Source of the DNA: Bacteroidota bacterium
Lineage (GTDB): Bacteria; Bacteroidota; Bacteroidia; NS11-12g; UBA955
Direction: 5' to 3'
Length of the DNA stretch: 64,000 nt
NCBI GenBank assembly: GCA_027490055.1
Contig: JAIXYV010000052.1
Span: 10,193 to 74,192 of the forward strand
Shown here: positions 1 through 8,590 of the stretch, piece by piece
Numbering within the stretch: position 1 is the stretch's first letter
How the letters are laid out: each line of letters starts with the position of its first letter
Translations under genes and position numbers: made by a program
The notes under the pieces: model-generated
Seen by the model: only the letters and a program-made list of their open reading frames with translations
Databases searched by the model: none
Told to the model about the DNA's origin: nothing

Positions 1-737
1 CCACCAATCTGCAAATCATTTAAATGAATGTCATTGTCTTTAAACACAAACTTCATGTCTTTCATGTTCATGTCCAGGTTGGCTTTGATGTCTGTTTTAA
101 CTTCCGATAAATAGTTGATGCCTCCGTAGCCCAGCGTCATGGCTTCGGCCGTGGTACTGGTCTCCATCAGAAACTGATCCAATGTGAAATCCCCTTTTAA
201 AGTATGATCAAACTGACTTAAGCTCGTGTAAAAACCGAGCGAGCGGTCGTCATAAACCAAATTACCTTTTTCTATCTCGAGTTTTTCGAGCGCCATTTTG
301 AACTTTGAAGTTCCGGTATCTGCACTCACTGTTGTATCTGCTTTGCTGATATCCCAGTTGGCTTTGCCATTTTCAAGGACCAGCAAATTGATCTTTGGCT
401 CTGAAAGACTAATCTTATTAATTTCCATAGTCTCGCCCCTGATGACACTCATCACATTCAAGGCTACTGAAATCTTAGGAAGATATACCAGCGTATCGCC
501 GGCAAATGTGTCTTTACCGATGATACTGACTTGCTTCATACTGACAGTCAGTTTCGGAAAACTACTGAAAATATTGATGCCAATATCATCAGAAAAATTG
601 ACTGTTGCATTGAGACTCTTATTGGCCTCTTGTCTGGCCATATCGATAATTTTACCTTTAAATAAGAAAGGAAGGGCAATCAGTGCAAGGATAAGCACCA
701 ATAGAGTGATACCAGAAATTTTCAGGAATTTTTTCAT
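1..737 (-). CDS. AsmA-family envelope protein, N-terminal part (gene continues past window start)
   Basis: My own minus-strand translation from the ATG at 735-737 gives MKKFLKISGITLLVLILALIALPFLFKGKIIDMARQEANKSLNATVNF... The frame stays open to position 1. There is one N-terminal TM anchor followed by a beta-rich region, as in AsmA-like proteins. It is absent from the ORF track because its stop lies outside the window. The listed ORF 298..747(+) is its antisense shadow. Confidence 0.65.
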   Translation of the reverse strand, partial: MKKFLKISGITLLVLILALIALPFLFKGKIIDMARQEANKSLNATVNFSDDIGINIFSSFPKLTVSMKQVSIIGKDTFAGDTLVYLPKISVALNVMSVIRGETMEINKISLSEPKINLLVLENGKANWDISKADTTVSADTGTSKFKMALEKLEIEKGNLVYDDRSLGFYTSLSQFDHTLKGDFTLDQFLMETSTTAEAMTLGYGGINYLSEVKTDIKANLDMNMKDMKFVFKDNDIHLNDLQIG

Positions 738-764
738 CTTAGTTTAATTGAAACAAAAATAGTG

Positions 765-772
765 CAAATATA
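765..772 (-). promoter_or_regulatory. TAnnTTTG -7 box (TATATTTG) 27 nt upstream of the AsmA-like ATG
   Basis: Exact match to the Bacteroidota sigma-A -7 consensus on the minus strand. Confidence 0.45.
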
Positions 773-781
773 TTGCGTGTG

Positions 782-1717
782 TTATGAGCTGTGTCGCGCC
801 AGGAAATCTTCGTAGGCCAATAGAATACCTTCTTGTAAAGATGTTTTATGCTGCCAGCCTAAACTGTGCAAAAACGACGAATCCATTAATTTCTTCGGTG
901 TACCATCAGGCTTACTGCTGTCAAACTTCAACTCACCTTCAAATCCAATGATGTCTTTTATCATCAAGGCGAGGTCTTTTATACTTAAATCAGAATTGCA
1001 GCCGATATTCACAAACTGCTCTCCGTCGTAATTTTGCATGAGGTACAAGGCGGCATCTGCCAGATCATCAGCAAACAGGAATTCACGCATTGGTGATCCT
1101 GTGCCCCAAACCTCTACGTGACTGGCGCCACTCACTTTCGCTTCATGAAATTTTCTTATCAATGCTGGCAATACGTGAGAATTCTGAGGGTGATAATTAT
1201 CGTTAATGCCATACAAATTGGTTGGCATTACACTGACGAAATTACAATTATACTGATCGCGATAGGCTTCTACCATTTTAATGCCAGCGATCTTAGCAAT
1301 GGCATAAGGTTCGTTGGTATGCTCTAATAAGCCGGTCAGGAGATAAGACTCTTTCATTGGCTGAGGCGCCATTTTTGGATAGATGCAGCTACTGCCAAAA
1401 AACATCATTTTCTTTACCCCATTGACATAAGATTGATGAATGATATTGTTCTGAATGCAAAGATTGTCATGAATAAACTCAGCTCTGTAGGTATTGTTAG
1501 CGACAATTCCACCCACTCTTGCTGCAGCCATAAATACATATTCGGGTTTTTCCTGTGCGAAAAAATCGGCCACCGCCTGCTGATTTCTCAGATCGAGTTC
1601 AGAAGATGTTCTGGTAATAATATTGGTAAATCCAGCCTTCTGTAAGGCACGAGTTACAGCACTTCCCACCATACCACGGTGTCCGGCAACATAAATTTTT
1701 GAGCCTGTTTGCATCAT
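782..1717 (-). CDS. fcl: GDP-L-fucose synthase (GDP-4-keto-6-deoxymannose 3,5-epimerase/4-reductase)
   Basis: 311 aa. It has a Rossmann N-terminus ([14 protein letters not shown]) and an SDR Y-x3-K motif (YAIAKIAG), and it lies near gmd. Confidence 0.9.
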   Translation of the reverse strand: MMQTGSKIYVAGHRGMVGSAVTRALQKAGFTNIITRTSSELDLRNQQAVADFFAQEKPEYVFMAAARVGGIVANNTYRAEFIHDNLCIQNNIIHQSYVNGVKKMMFFGSSCIYPKMAPQPMKESYLLTGLLEHTNEPYAIAKIAGIKMVEAYRDQYNCNFVSVMPTNLYGINDNYHPQNSHVLPALIRKFHEAKVSGASHVEVWGTGSPMREFLFADDLADAALYLMQNYDGEQFVNIGCNSDLSIKDLALMIKDIIGFEGELKFDSSKPDGTPKKLMDSSFLHSLGWQHKTSLQEGILLAYEDFLARHSS

Positions 1718-1727
1718 CTTAGATGTG

Positions 1728-1735
1728 CAAAATTA
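1728..1735 (-). promoter_or_regulatory. TAnnTTTG -7 box (TAATTTTG) 10 nt upstream of the fcl ATG
   Basis: Exact motif on the minus strand. This suggests fcl has its own promoter. Confidence 0.5.
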
Positions 1736-1815
1736 AGAATAAAGTATCAAATTAAGGTGATATGACTATTCAACAGTCTGTGCCTATTCCATTATTTAAG
1801 GCACTTAACAATTCT

Positions 1816-2658
1816 CTACTTAGATTTACGGAATCCATATCGATACACTTTCTTCTGATAAAGTGCCGTATTTAGATCGTCATTTTTAATCAGGAGATAG
1901 CTCTCTTCATTACTTATAAGTCCGTTGTCTAAATAGCTTTTCTTGTAGGTGTGTTCTAGCTTTCCGGTAAAATCATACACCTGATTTTCTATTAAATGCC
2001 CCTGTGTGTCGTAAATATAACGGTGCTCAAAAAGTGTATCAGTACTATTTTTTCCGGTGGCATAATAGCGCTCCAGCTGATTTTTACTGTTGTAAGCGTA
2101 ATAATAATTTTCTGTGGCTTTAGCCGATAAAATGGTCTGATGCTTTACCCTGGTTTTCGAATCGAAGGCATAGACTATGGTTCTGAATATCTCTGAGCCA
2201 TAGGTGTATACCTCAGTAATCAAAGTATCGTTTTTGTATAAGTAAGTAGCCTCTACTGGTAATTCTTTCTGATTGATAAAATTAACCGACTTGTAGCGCA
2301 CTTTCTGCTTCTTGTTATTGTAAAAAAATGAATCTCGAGATATCAGACGCTTCTCCTTGCCATTGTCTGATGAATACAAATTCTGAATGATAAGCTGTGT
2401 GTCTTTATTGTAAATGAACTCTATGAACCCATCATTGCGCTGATCTTTCATGGTCATTTTCATCTTTGCTCTGTCAAAAATGATGCTTAAATCGGGCGTT
2501 AACTGATTGTCCTTGCTCCATTTTAAAATGGTACACGTATCTATCTTATTCTCATAAATCAAGCGAATAGGAAAATACTGCTCAGGCGTTATCTGTGCTT
2601 TGCCACTAAGTGTATAAAAAACCAGTAAGAAAAAAAGTAAGGTTTTGCGAATTGTCAT
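1816..2658 (-). CDS. Secreted hypothetical protein with YD-repeat-like motifs
   Basis: 280 aa with a signal peptide (MTIRKTLLFFLLVFYTLSGKAQ). It contains repeated Y-x-Y-D/N-x-x-G-x-L-like segments, for example RYIYDTQGHLIENQVYDFTGKLEHTY. I recognise no catalytic motif. Confidence 0.55.
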   Translation of the reverse strand: MTIRKTLLFFLLVFYTLSGKAQITPEQYFPIRLIYENKIDTCTILKWSKDNQLTPDLSIIFDRAKMKMTMKDQRNDGFIEFIYNKDTQLIIQNLYSSDNGKEKRLISRDSFFYNNKKQKVRYKSVNFINQKELPVEATYLYKNDTLITEVYTYGSEIFRTIVYAFDSKTRVKHQTILSAKATENYYYAYNSKNQLERYYATGKNSTDTLFEHRYIYDTQGHLIENQVYDFTGKLEHTYKKSYLDNGLISNEESYLLIKNDDLNTALYQKKVYRYGFRKSK

Positions 2659-2713
2659 CAGTGTACAGACGGTTAATCTGAGTAACAGGTTGTATGGCCT
2701 CAGTAAAATCTGA

Positions 2714-3850
2714 TTATTCGAAATAACTCATGGTTCTGAAACCACCTTCTTTCAGATATTCATCTTTTTTCATCAAATGCAAATCACTTTGCATCATGTC
2801 ATTGACTAAATCTGCAAGCGTGTGCTTAGGCTTCCATCCGAGTTTCTCTCTCGATTTGGTAGCATCACCGATCAGTAAATCTACTTCTGTTGGTCTGAAA
2901 TACTTTGGATCAACATTGATAACTTCTTTACCAACTGTTAAAGATGCTACATTAAGCTTCAATTCTTCTGCTCTTGCTGCATCAACCGAAGCAATTATGC
3001 CCTTTTCTTCAACACCTGTTCCTTCGAAGCTAAGTTCTATTCCCAGATATTTAAAGGCCATTCTGGCAAACTCTCTGATTTCTGTTGTAACACCGGTTGC
3101 GATTACATAATCTTCTGCTTTGTCCTGCTGAAGTATCAGGTGCATGGCTTCGATATAATCTTTAGCATGTCCCCAGTCACGTTGTGAATTGAGGTTTCCT
3201 AAGAACAATTTATCCTGTATACCCAATGCAATTTTTGATGCTGCTCTGGTAATTTTTCTTGTAACGAAAGTCTCGCCTCTGATTGGTGATTCGTGATTGA
3301 ACAGAATACCATTACAAGCAAAAATATTATAGGCTTCTCTGTAGTTCACTGTAATCCAGTAGGCATACATCTTGGCCACAGCATAAGGTGAGCGTGGATA
3401 GAATGGGGTCTTTTCTGTTTGTGGCACTTCCTGAACCATACCATACAACTCAGAGGTTGATGCCTGATAGATTCTGGTTTTGTTAGTTAAACCACAAATT
3501 TTGATGGCTTCTAATAAACGCAAGGTGCCGATACCATCAGCATTCGCCGTATATTCTGGTGTCTCAAAACTTACGTGCACATGGCTCATAGCCGCCAGGT
3601 TATAAATCTCGTCTGGCTGAGTCTCCTGTATAATTCTGATTAGATTAGTGCTGTCAGTTAAATCGCCGTAATGGAGTTTTAAATTGGCGTTTGGAACATG
3701 AGGGTCCTGATACAAATGGTCAATTCTATCAGTATTGAAAAGCGAACTTCTGCGCTTCAATCCATGTACTATGTAACCCTTTTTTAACAGGTACTCGGCT
3801 AAATATGCGCCGTCCTGTCCTGTAATTCCCGTTATGAGTGCAACTTTCAT
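2714..3850 (-). CDS. gmd: GDP-mannose 4,6-dehydratase
   Basis: 378 aa. The N-terminus [26 protein letters not shown] and the extended-SDR pattern throughout are very typical of Gmd. Confidence 0.95.
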   Translation of the reverse strand: MKVALITGITGQDGAYLAEYLLKKGYIVHGLKRRSSLFNTDRIDHLYQDPHVPNANLKLHYGDLTDSTNLIRIIQETQPDEIYNLAAMSHVHVSFETPEYTANADGIGTLRLLEAIKICGLTNKTRIYQASTSELYGMVQEVPQTEKTPFYPRSPYAVAKMYAYWITVNYREAYNIFACNGILFNHESPIRGETFVTRKITRAASKIALGIQDKLFLGNLNSQRDWGHAKDYIEAMHLILQQDKAEDYVIATGVTTEIREFARMAFKYLGIELSFEGTGVEEKGIIASVDAARAEELKLNVASLTVGKEVINVDPKYFRPTEVDLLIGDATKSREKLGWKPKHTLADLVNDMMQSDLHLMKKDEYLKEGGFRTMSYFE

Positions 3851-3881
3851 TAAATTTATCGTTAATTTGCCAAAAAAAAAG

Positions 3882-3889
3882 CAAAGATA
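3882..3889 (-). promoter_or_regulatory. TAnnTTTG -7 box (TATCTTTG) upstream of gmd, followed by a T9 tract
   Basis: Exact motif on the minus strand, 31 nt before the gmd ATG. The homopolymer at 3872..3880 lies at the predicted initiation region. Confidence 0.45.
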
Positions 3890-3898
3890 ATTAAAGTT

Positions 3899-5188
3899 TT
3901 GGTTCTATTCCATTCCCCCTATAAAAGCAAGCGTCTGAGTTATGTGCTCGATTATGTCTTTACAGAAAGGCTTGGAATTCCCTATGAACTTTCAGAATCC
4001 GTGTCAAATATAGCAAGTCCGCACAAAGTTTGCATCAATTACAATCAAATTCCTCTCGAAAATGCGTGGAATTTTATACCCGACGGACTGTTGAATACTT
4101 CTGAAATTGCCCCCATCCAACAGAAATATCTGCCCGAAAATCCAATTACATGTTCTTTAAACGACCTTGATTTCGATGTGTTTTCAGCTATTTTCTTCCA
4201 TTTGTCTCGCTATGAAGAATACCTGACCAAAAAAAGAGATGAGCATGGTCGCTTTCAATACAGCGATTCTGTTTTGTTTCAGTCAGCTTGCCTTAAATTT
4301 CCTGTCATCGATCAATGGATTCTTCAGTTCAAAAATACTTTAATCCATCAATACAATTTTTTAGCGTCCGATTTTAAGTCTGAAACATACCAATCTATTC
4401 CAACGCTGGATATCGACTCTGTCTTTGCCTATAAAGCCAAACCCTTTTTCAGACAAGTAGCGGCCCTCGCCAAAGATTTTCTCTCTGGACGACTCAATGA
4501 AATCAAACACCGCTTAAGCGTTGTGCTAGGTGGCAAACAAGACCCGAATGATAACTTTGAATGGCAGTTGAATGCTCTCGGAAACAAAAAAGCGGTCTAT
4601 TTTATTCAAAGCGGACCATACGGACCATACGATAAAAACATCTCTCCACTCCATCCTGAATTCAAAAACATTCTTTCGAAACTCAGTAAGGCTGGTCATA
4701 GCATTGGCTTGCATCCCAGTTACAGTTCTGATAGCAAACCGGAGGCTATCACCCGCGAGAAACTCGTTTTAGAAAAAAGTACGAATCTCACAGTGACCCA
4801 CTCAAGACAACATTTTTTAAAAATGGACCTGCCTGAAACCTATCGCGCACTGATCGCTTGTGGGATTGAAAAAGATTACTCGATGGGCTATTCGCATGTG
4901 CCTGGTTTCAGAGCTGGAACTGCTCATGCTTTCAAATGGTTTGATCTTATTGATAATTCTGAAACGTCTCTTACAATTCAGCCATTCTGCTGTATGGATG
5001 TTGCCTATAAACAATTTATGAAATTGTCTGTTGATGCATGTATGGCTGACTCAATAGACATTCAAAAAATACTTAAAACATTAAATGCACCTTTTGTATT
5101 TGTGTTTCATAACGAATCCCTGAGCGGTCATCGTGGCTGGAAGGACTGGCAAAAAGTTTTTAAATTCTGGTTAAATGACAAGGATTAA
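3899..5188 (+). CDS. Polysaccharide-deacetylase-like protein (specificity unknown)
   Basis: 429 aa with a TTG start in the track. The C-terminal half has NodB-like His-containing segments ([16 protein letters not shown]). The family assignment is from memory of Bacteroidota homologues. Confidence 0.5.
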   Translation: MVLFHSPYKSKRLSYVLDYVFTERLGIPYELSESVSNIASPHKVCINYNQIPLENAWNFIPDGLLNTSEIAPIQQKYLPENPITCSLNDLDFDVFSAIFFHLSRYEEYLTKKRDEHGRFQYSDSVLFQSACLKFPVIDQWILQFKNTLIHQYNFLASDFKSETYQSIPTLDIDSVFAYKAKPFFRQVAALAKDFLSGRLNEIKHRLSVVLGGKQDPNDNFEWQLNALGNKKAVYFIQSGPYGPYDKNISPLHPEFKNILSKLSKAGHSIGLHPSYSSDSKPEAITREKLVLEKSTNLTVTHSRQHFLKMDLPETYRALIACGIEKDYSMGYSHVPGFRAGTAHAFKWFDLIDNSETSLTIQPFCCMDVAYKQFMKLSVDACMADSIDIQKILKTLNAPFVFVFHNESLSGHRGWKDWQKVFKFWLNDKD

Positions 5189-6104
5189 ATATTTACGCCA
5201 TCGTCAGATTGATCAGGTGAAATGGGATAAAACCATTGACGCCAGTTACAATGGTATGGTGTATGCCTACTCGTTTTTTCTGAATGATATGGCCGGCAAA
5301 CGCTGGGATGCTCTGGTATTAGGCGATTACGAAGCTGTATTTCCTTTGGTGTGGGGACGAAAATACGGACTCAAATACCTTTATCAGCCGTTCTTCTGTC
5401 AGCAACTCGGACTGTTTTCTAAAACCCGGATATCTGAAGATGTGATGCATCAATTTATTAAGAAAATTCCTCGCAAATTTTTTTACTGGGACTTCCATCT
5501 GAATTACGAAAACAGTTTTTTTAGTCCGCTGATTAACTTTGTCAATCGCACCAGTTTTACCATCGATCTAAATCAGGATTATCTCAGTATCTACGATAAG
5601 TTTAATTCGGATGCTAAAAAAAATCTCGCTAAATCTGCTATAACCGGATACATCGTCAAAGATAATGATGCGCCTGAACTGGCCGCAGATTGCTTCTTCT
5701 ACGCCTATGGACACTGGTACCCGAATCTTGAAACTTTAAAAAAGAAAATACTCCAGTGTGCCAACAATGCCATTCAACTCAAAAAAGGATTTACCCGTTC
5801 TATTTACGGTAAAGATGGTCAGCTTTGGTGCTCGGGCTTCTTTTTCATGGCCAAAGACCGTATACACTACGCAATGGCTGCTCCCACCGAAGAAGGAAAA
5901 AAACACGGAGCTACTCATATTCTAATTGATGAAGTCCTGAAAGAGTTTTCAAATAGATTAATGACTTTCGATTTTGAAGGTTCAGACCTGCAAAGTGTGG
6001 CCTATTTCTACGCCAAGTTCGGATCAGTAAAAAAACACTACCTCGAAATCAAACTTAATCGTTTGCCATGGTGGTGTCAGATGATCATGAAAACAAAAAA
6101 ATAA
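5175..6104 (+). CDS. GNAT / FemAB-like acetyltransferase-fold protein
   Basis: 309 aa. It overlaps the upstream gene by 14 nt. The N-terminus (QIDQVKWDKTIDASYNGMVYAYSFFLNDMAGKRWDALVLGDYEAVFPL) resembles a conserved Bacteroidota GNAT-like family. Confidence 0.5.
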   Translation: MTRIKYLRHRQIDQVKWDKTIDASYNGMVYAYSFFLNDMAGKRWDALVLGDYEAVFPLVWGRKYGLKYLYQPFFCQQLGLFSKTRISEDVMHQFIKKIPRKFFYWDFHLNYENSFFSPLINFVNRTSFTIDLNQDYLSIYDKFNSDAKKNLAKSAITGYIVKDNDAPELAADCFFYAYGHWYPNLETLKKKILQCANNAIQLKKGFTRSIYGKDGQLWCSGFFFMAKDRIHYAMAAPTEEGKKHGATHILIDEVLKEFSNRLMTFDFEGSDLQSVAYFYAKFGSVKKHYLEIKLNRLPWWCQMIMKTKK

Positions 6105-6191
6105 GTCGTTCAATCACTGATCTTTTTTATTTATCAATGTCTTTATTTTCATTGGAAGCAACATTAAGACGCTATAATGTGTCTTCCGGAC

Positions 6192-7832
6192 ATGAAAATA
6201 AAAATTACTATCTCTCTGATTTTACTATTTGCCCTTAAGTTACAAGCTCAAACACTTGTAAAAGATTGCAATTCTGGTAAATCTGGCTCTAACCCAATCT
6301 TTGTTGAAAAACTCAATGGCGGATTTATCTTCATTGCCAATACGGTCTCCACCGGTAATGAATTTTGGTTTAGCGATGGCACTAACTCAGGAACAATTCT
6401 ATTAAAAGATATCAATCCAGGCGCTGGTAGTGGCACCACGCAAACAACCCCTGTAATTCTAAACGGAGTGTGCTATTTTGTTGGTAGAACTGCCAGTTTA
6501 AAATGGTCGCTATGGAAAACAGATGGCACTGTTAATGGTACCGTTATGGTTAAGGATCTCGGTAATATGCCAATTTCTAACCCAAATGGTCAGTTGTTTC
6601 TAACCGTGAATCAAAATAAAATATTCTTTGCTTTTGATGATCCAGGTTTGGGACAAGGCAAAGAACTTTGGATAAGCGATGGAACTACTTCTGGTACAAA
6701 ATTATTGAAAGACATTAATACTTCAGGTAGTAGCGATCCTTCATTACTGGTTGCCTATGGCAATTATGTGTACTTCTTTGCCAGTACTCCAGCATATGGT
6801 AATGAATTATGGAGAAGCGATGGAACAGATACCGGAACCGCCCTGTTTAAAGATCTTAAGCCCGGTATTGAAAGCTCTTTCAGTTCAACTTTCCCTAGTT
6901 TCATGGTCTTTAAAAATAAACTGTTCTTTGGCGCTAATGGCAACGATTCAAATGGTGTAGAATTATGGAGTACCGATGGTACAAAAAACAATACTAAGAT
7001 GTTCCTAAACATTAATACAAAATTAGGTGGCTCTTCTTTCCCCGGACTACTTTTAGCCAACGACAATTTCATGTTCTTTAGAGCCAATAATGGTAACGAC
7101 GGACTTGAACCATGGATCACCGACGGAACAGTTGCAGGAACCAAACAGCTAATGGATATTTATCCGGGCATTAACGGATCAATACCAGCCTCTCCGATAT
7201 TTATTAATAACAAAATTATATTCAATGCTTCGTCTATGAATGAAGGATCTGAAGCTTATGTTACCGATGGTTCCATTGCCGGCACAAGCTTACTAAAAGA
7301 TATTCTACCAGGCTCTGGTTCTTCCTATCCACTCTCAAAAGTACTCCATAAAAACAAGGTGTATTTTTATGCCGTGGATAGCACTTATGGTACTGAAATA
7401 TGGCAAACCGATGGCACAAGCAGTGGCACCAATATTGCCCTGGATATCAACCCTGGTAAAAAAGGAAGCGGTGTAATTTCTATTTATAGTTTTAATAATG
7501 AGCTATACTTTGGTGCTACAGTTGATAAAGATTCTGTAGGACAAGAGCTGTATAAATATAACTTTAACACCAGTATCAAACAGATTCAATTATCTAACAT
7601 CAATCTTTTCCCAAATCCTGTTAAAATTGGTTGTGATATCCAAATAAGCGGATTAAAATCTTCCATTAATTTAATCCATTTAATGGATTGTCAAGGCAGA
7701 ACAATTATCAAAGCAAATTCATTAGAACAGTTTAATCTTTTAGTTAAAAACAACAATCTGACAACTGGAATTTACAATATGAACATCAGCTGCGCTGAAG
7801 GTGTTTATAATAGTAAGCTTATCTTTGAATAA
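6192..7832 (+). CDS. ELWxxDGT-repeat protein with T9SS C-terminal sorting domain
   Basis: The signal peptide MKIKITISLILLFALKLQAQ indicates a likely true start at 6192. There are 8-9 repeats of about 48 aa (EFWFSDGT, ELWISDGT, ELWRSDGT, ELWSTDGT, EPWITDGT, EIWQTDGT). The C-terminus (LFPNPV...) is T9SS CTD-like. Confidence 0.8.
   Translation: MKIKITISLILLFALKLQAQTLVKDCNSGKSGSNPIFVEKLNGGFIFIANTVSTGNEFWFSDGTNSGTILLKDINPGAGSGTTQTTPVILNGVCYFVGRTASLKWSLWKTDGTVNGTVMVKDLGNMPISNPNGQLFLTVNQNKIFFAFDDPGLGQGKELWISDGTTSGTKLLKDINTSGSSDPSLLVAYGNYVYFFASTPAYGNELWRSDGTDTGTALFKDLKPGIESSFSSTFPSFMVFKNKLFFGANGNDSNGVELWSTDGTKNNTKMFLNINTKLGGSSFPGLLLANDNFMFFRANNGNDGLEPWITDGTVAGTKQLMDIYPGINGSIPASPIFINNKIIFNASSMNEGSEAYVTDGSIAGTSLLKDILPGSGSSYPLSKVLHKNKVYFYAVDSTYGTEIWQTDGTSSGTNIALDINPGKKGSGVISIYSFNNELYFGATVDKDSVGQELYKYNFNTSIKQIQLSNINLFPNPVKIGCDIQISGLKSSINLIHLMDCQGRTIIKANSLEQFNLLVKNNNLTTGIYNMNISCAEGVYNSKLIFE
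6357..7560 (+). repeat. Tandem coding repeats (ELWxxDGT modules)
   Basis: The E-L/F-W-x-S/T-D-G-T motif recurs periodically in the translation. Confidence 0.75.
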
Positions 7833-7880
7833 ATAAAATCAAAATTATTCAGCTCCTGAAAATCTTATAAAATTGTCAAA

Positions 7881-7911
7881 CACAAAAAGCCAGAGATTCT
7901 GGCTTTTTGTG
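7881..7911 (+). terminator. Rho-independent terminator-like hairpin
   Basis: cacaaaaagccaga-gat-tctggctttttgtg forms a perfect 14-bp stem with a 3-nt loop and a T-rich 3' arm, downstream of the stop at 7832. Confidence 0.65.
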
Positions 7912-7968
7912 TTTGTTATCGATTAATTTGTTTCATCTGGTCGGCTTTTTTGACCTTCGACTTTTTCT

Positions 7969-7976
7969 TATCTTTG
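7969..7976 (+). promoter_or_regulatory. TAnnTTTG -7 box (TATCTTTG) 5 nt before ATG 7982 (leaderless-type)
   Basis: Sequence TATCTTTG-catca-ATG. It lies inside the spurious N-terminal extension of track ORF 7907..8590. Confidence 0.6.
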
Positions 7977-7981
7977 CATCA

Positions 7982-8590
7982 ATGAAGATTATTTGCATCG
8001 GAAGAAATTACGGTTTACACGCTAAAGAACTAGGAAACGACATACCTGATAAACCTGTTATCTTCTGTAAACCTGATACTGCCATCCTTAAAAATAATGA
8101 AGATTTTTATTTACCACCCTTCAGCAATGATGTACACTACGAAGCTGAACTGGTCATAAAAATTGATAAAATCGGTAAAACCATTGCCCCTCAGTTTGCC
8201 TCTAAATACTATACGCAAATCAGTTTGGGCATCGACTTCACGGCGCGTGATCTGCAGTCGGATCTTAAGTCTAAAGGTCTGCCCTGGGAACTCGCCAAAG
8301 CCTTCGATAACTCTGCCGTTATTGGTCAATTCGTTCCCCTAAATAATAAAAATATACAAGACCTGCATTTCACCCTCGAAAAAAATGGTGAAACTGTTCA
8401 GGTAGGTCACACCGCTGATATGCTCTTTAAAGTTGATGAAATTATCAGTTTTGTCTCAGCTTATTTTACCCTCAAAACCGGCGATCTGATCTTTACCGGA
8501 ACACCTGCTGGTGTAGGCAAAGTGTCTGCTGGCGACCGTCTGATAGCCAAACTTGAAGGCGAAGAATTATTGAACTTCGAGGTTAAATAA
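7982..8590 (+). CDS. Fumarylacetoacetate hydrolase (FAH) family protein
   Basis: Starts MKIICIGRNYGLHAKELGN and ends ...GDLIFTGTPAGVG, which are typical FAH-family motifs. The start was chosen at the ATG that follows the promoter box. Confidence 0.85.
   Translation: MKIICIGRNYGLHAKELGNDIPDKPVIFCKPDTAILKNNEDFYLPPFSNDVHYEAELVIKIDKIGKTIAPQFASKYYTQISLGIDFTARDLQSDLKSKGLPWELAKAFDNSAVIGQFVPLNNKNIQDLHFTLEKNGETVQVGHTADMLFKVDEIISFVSAYFTLKTGDLIFTGTPAGVGKVSAGDRLIAKLEGEELLNFEVK

Noticed and set aside
298-747. 149-aa plus-strand ORF at the window start
   Set aside because: It lies antisense to a much better minus-strand reading frame, an AsmA-like protein with a clear start, a TM anchor and an upstream promoter box. 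The product would be hydrophobic low-complexity sequence typical of a shadow ORF.
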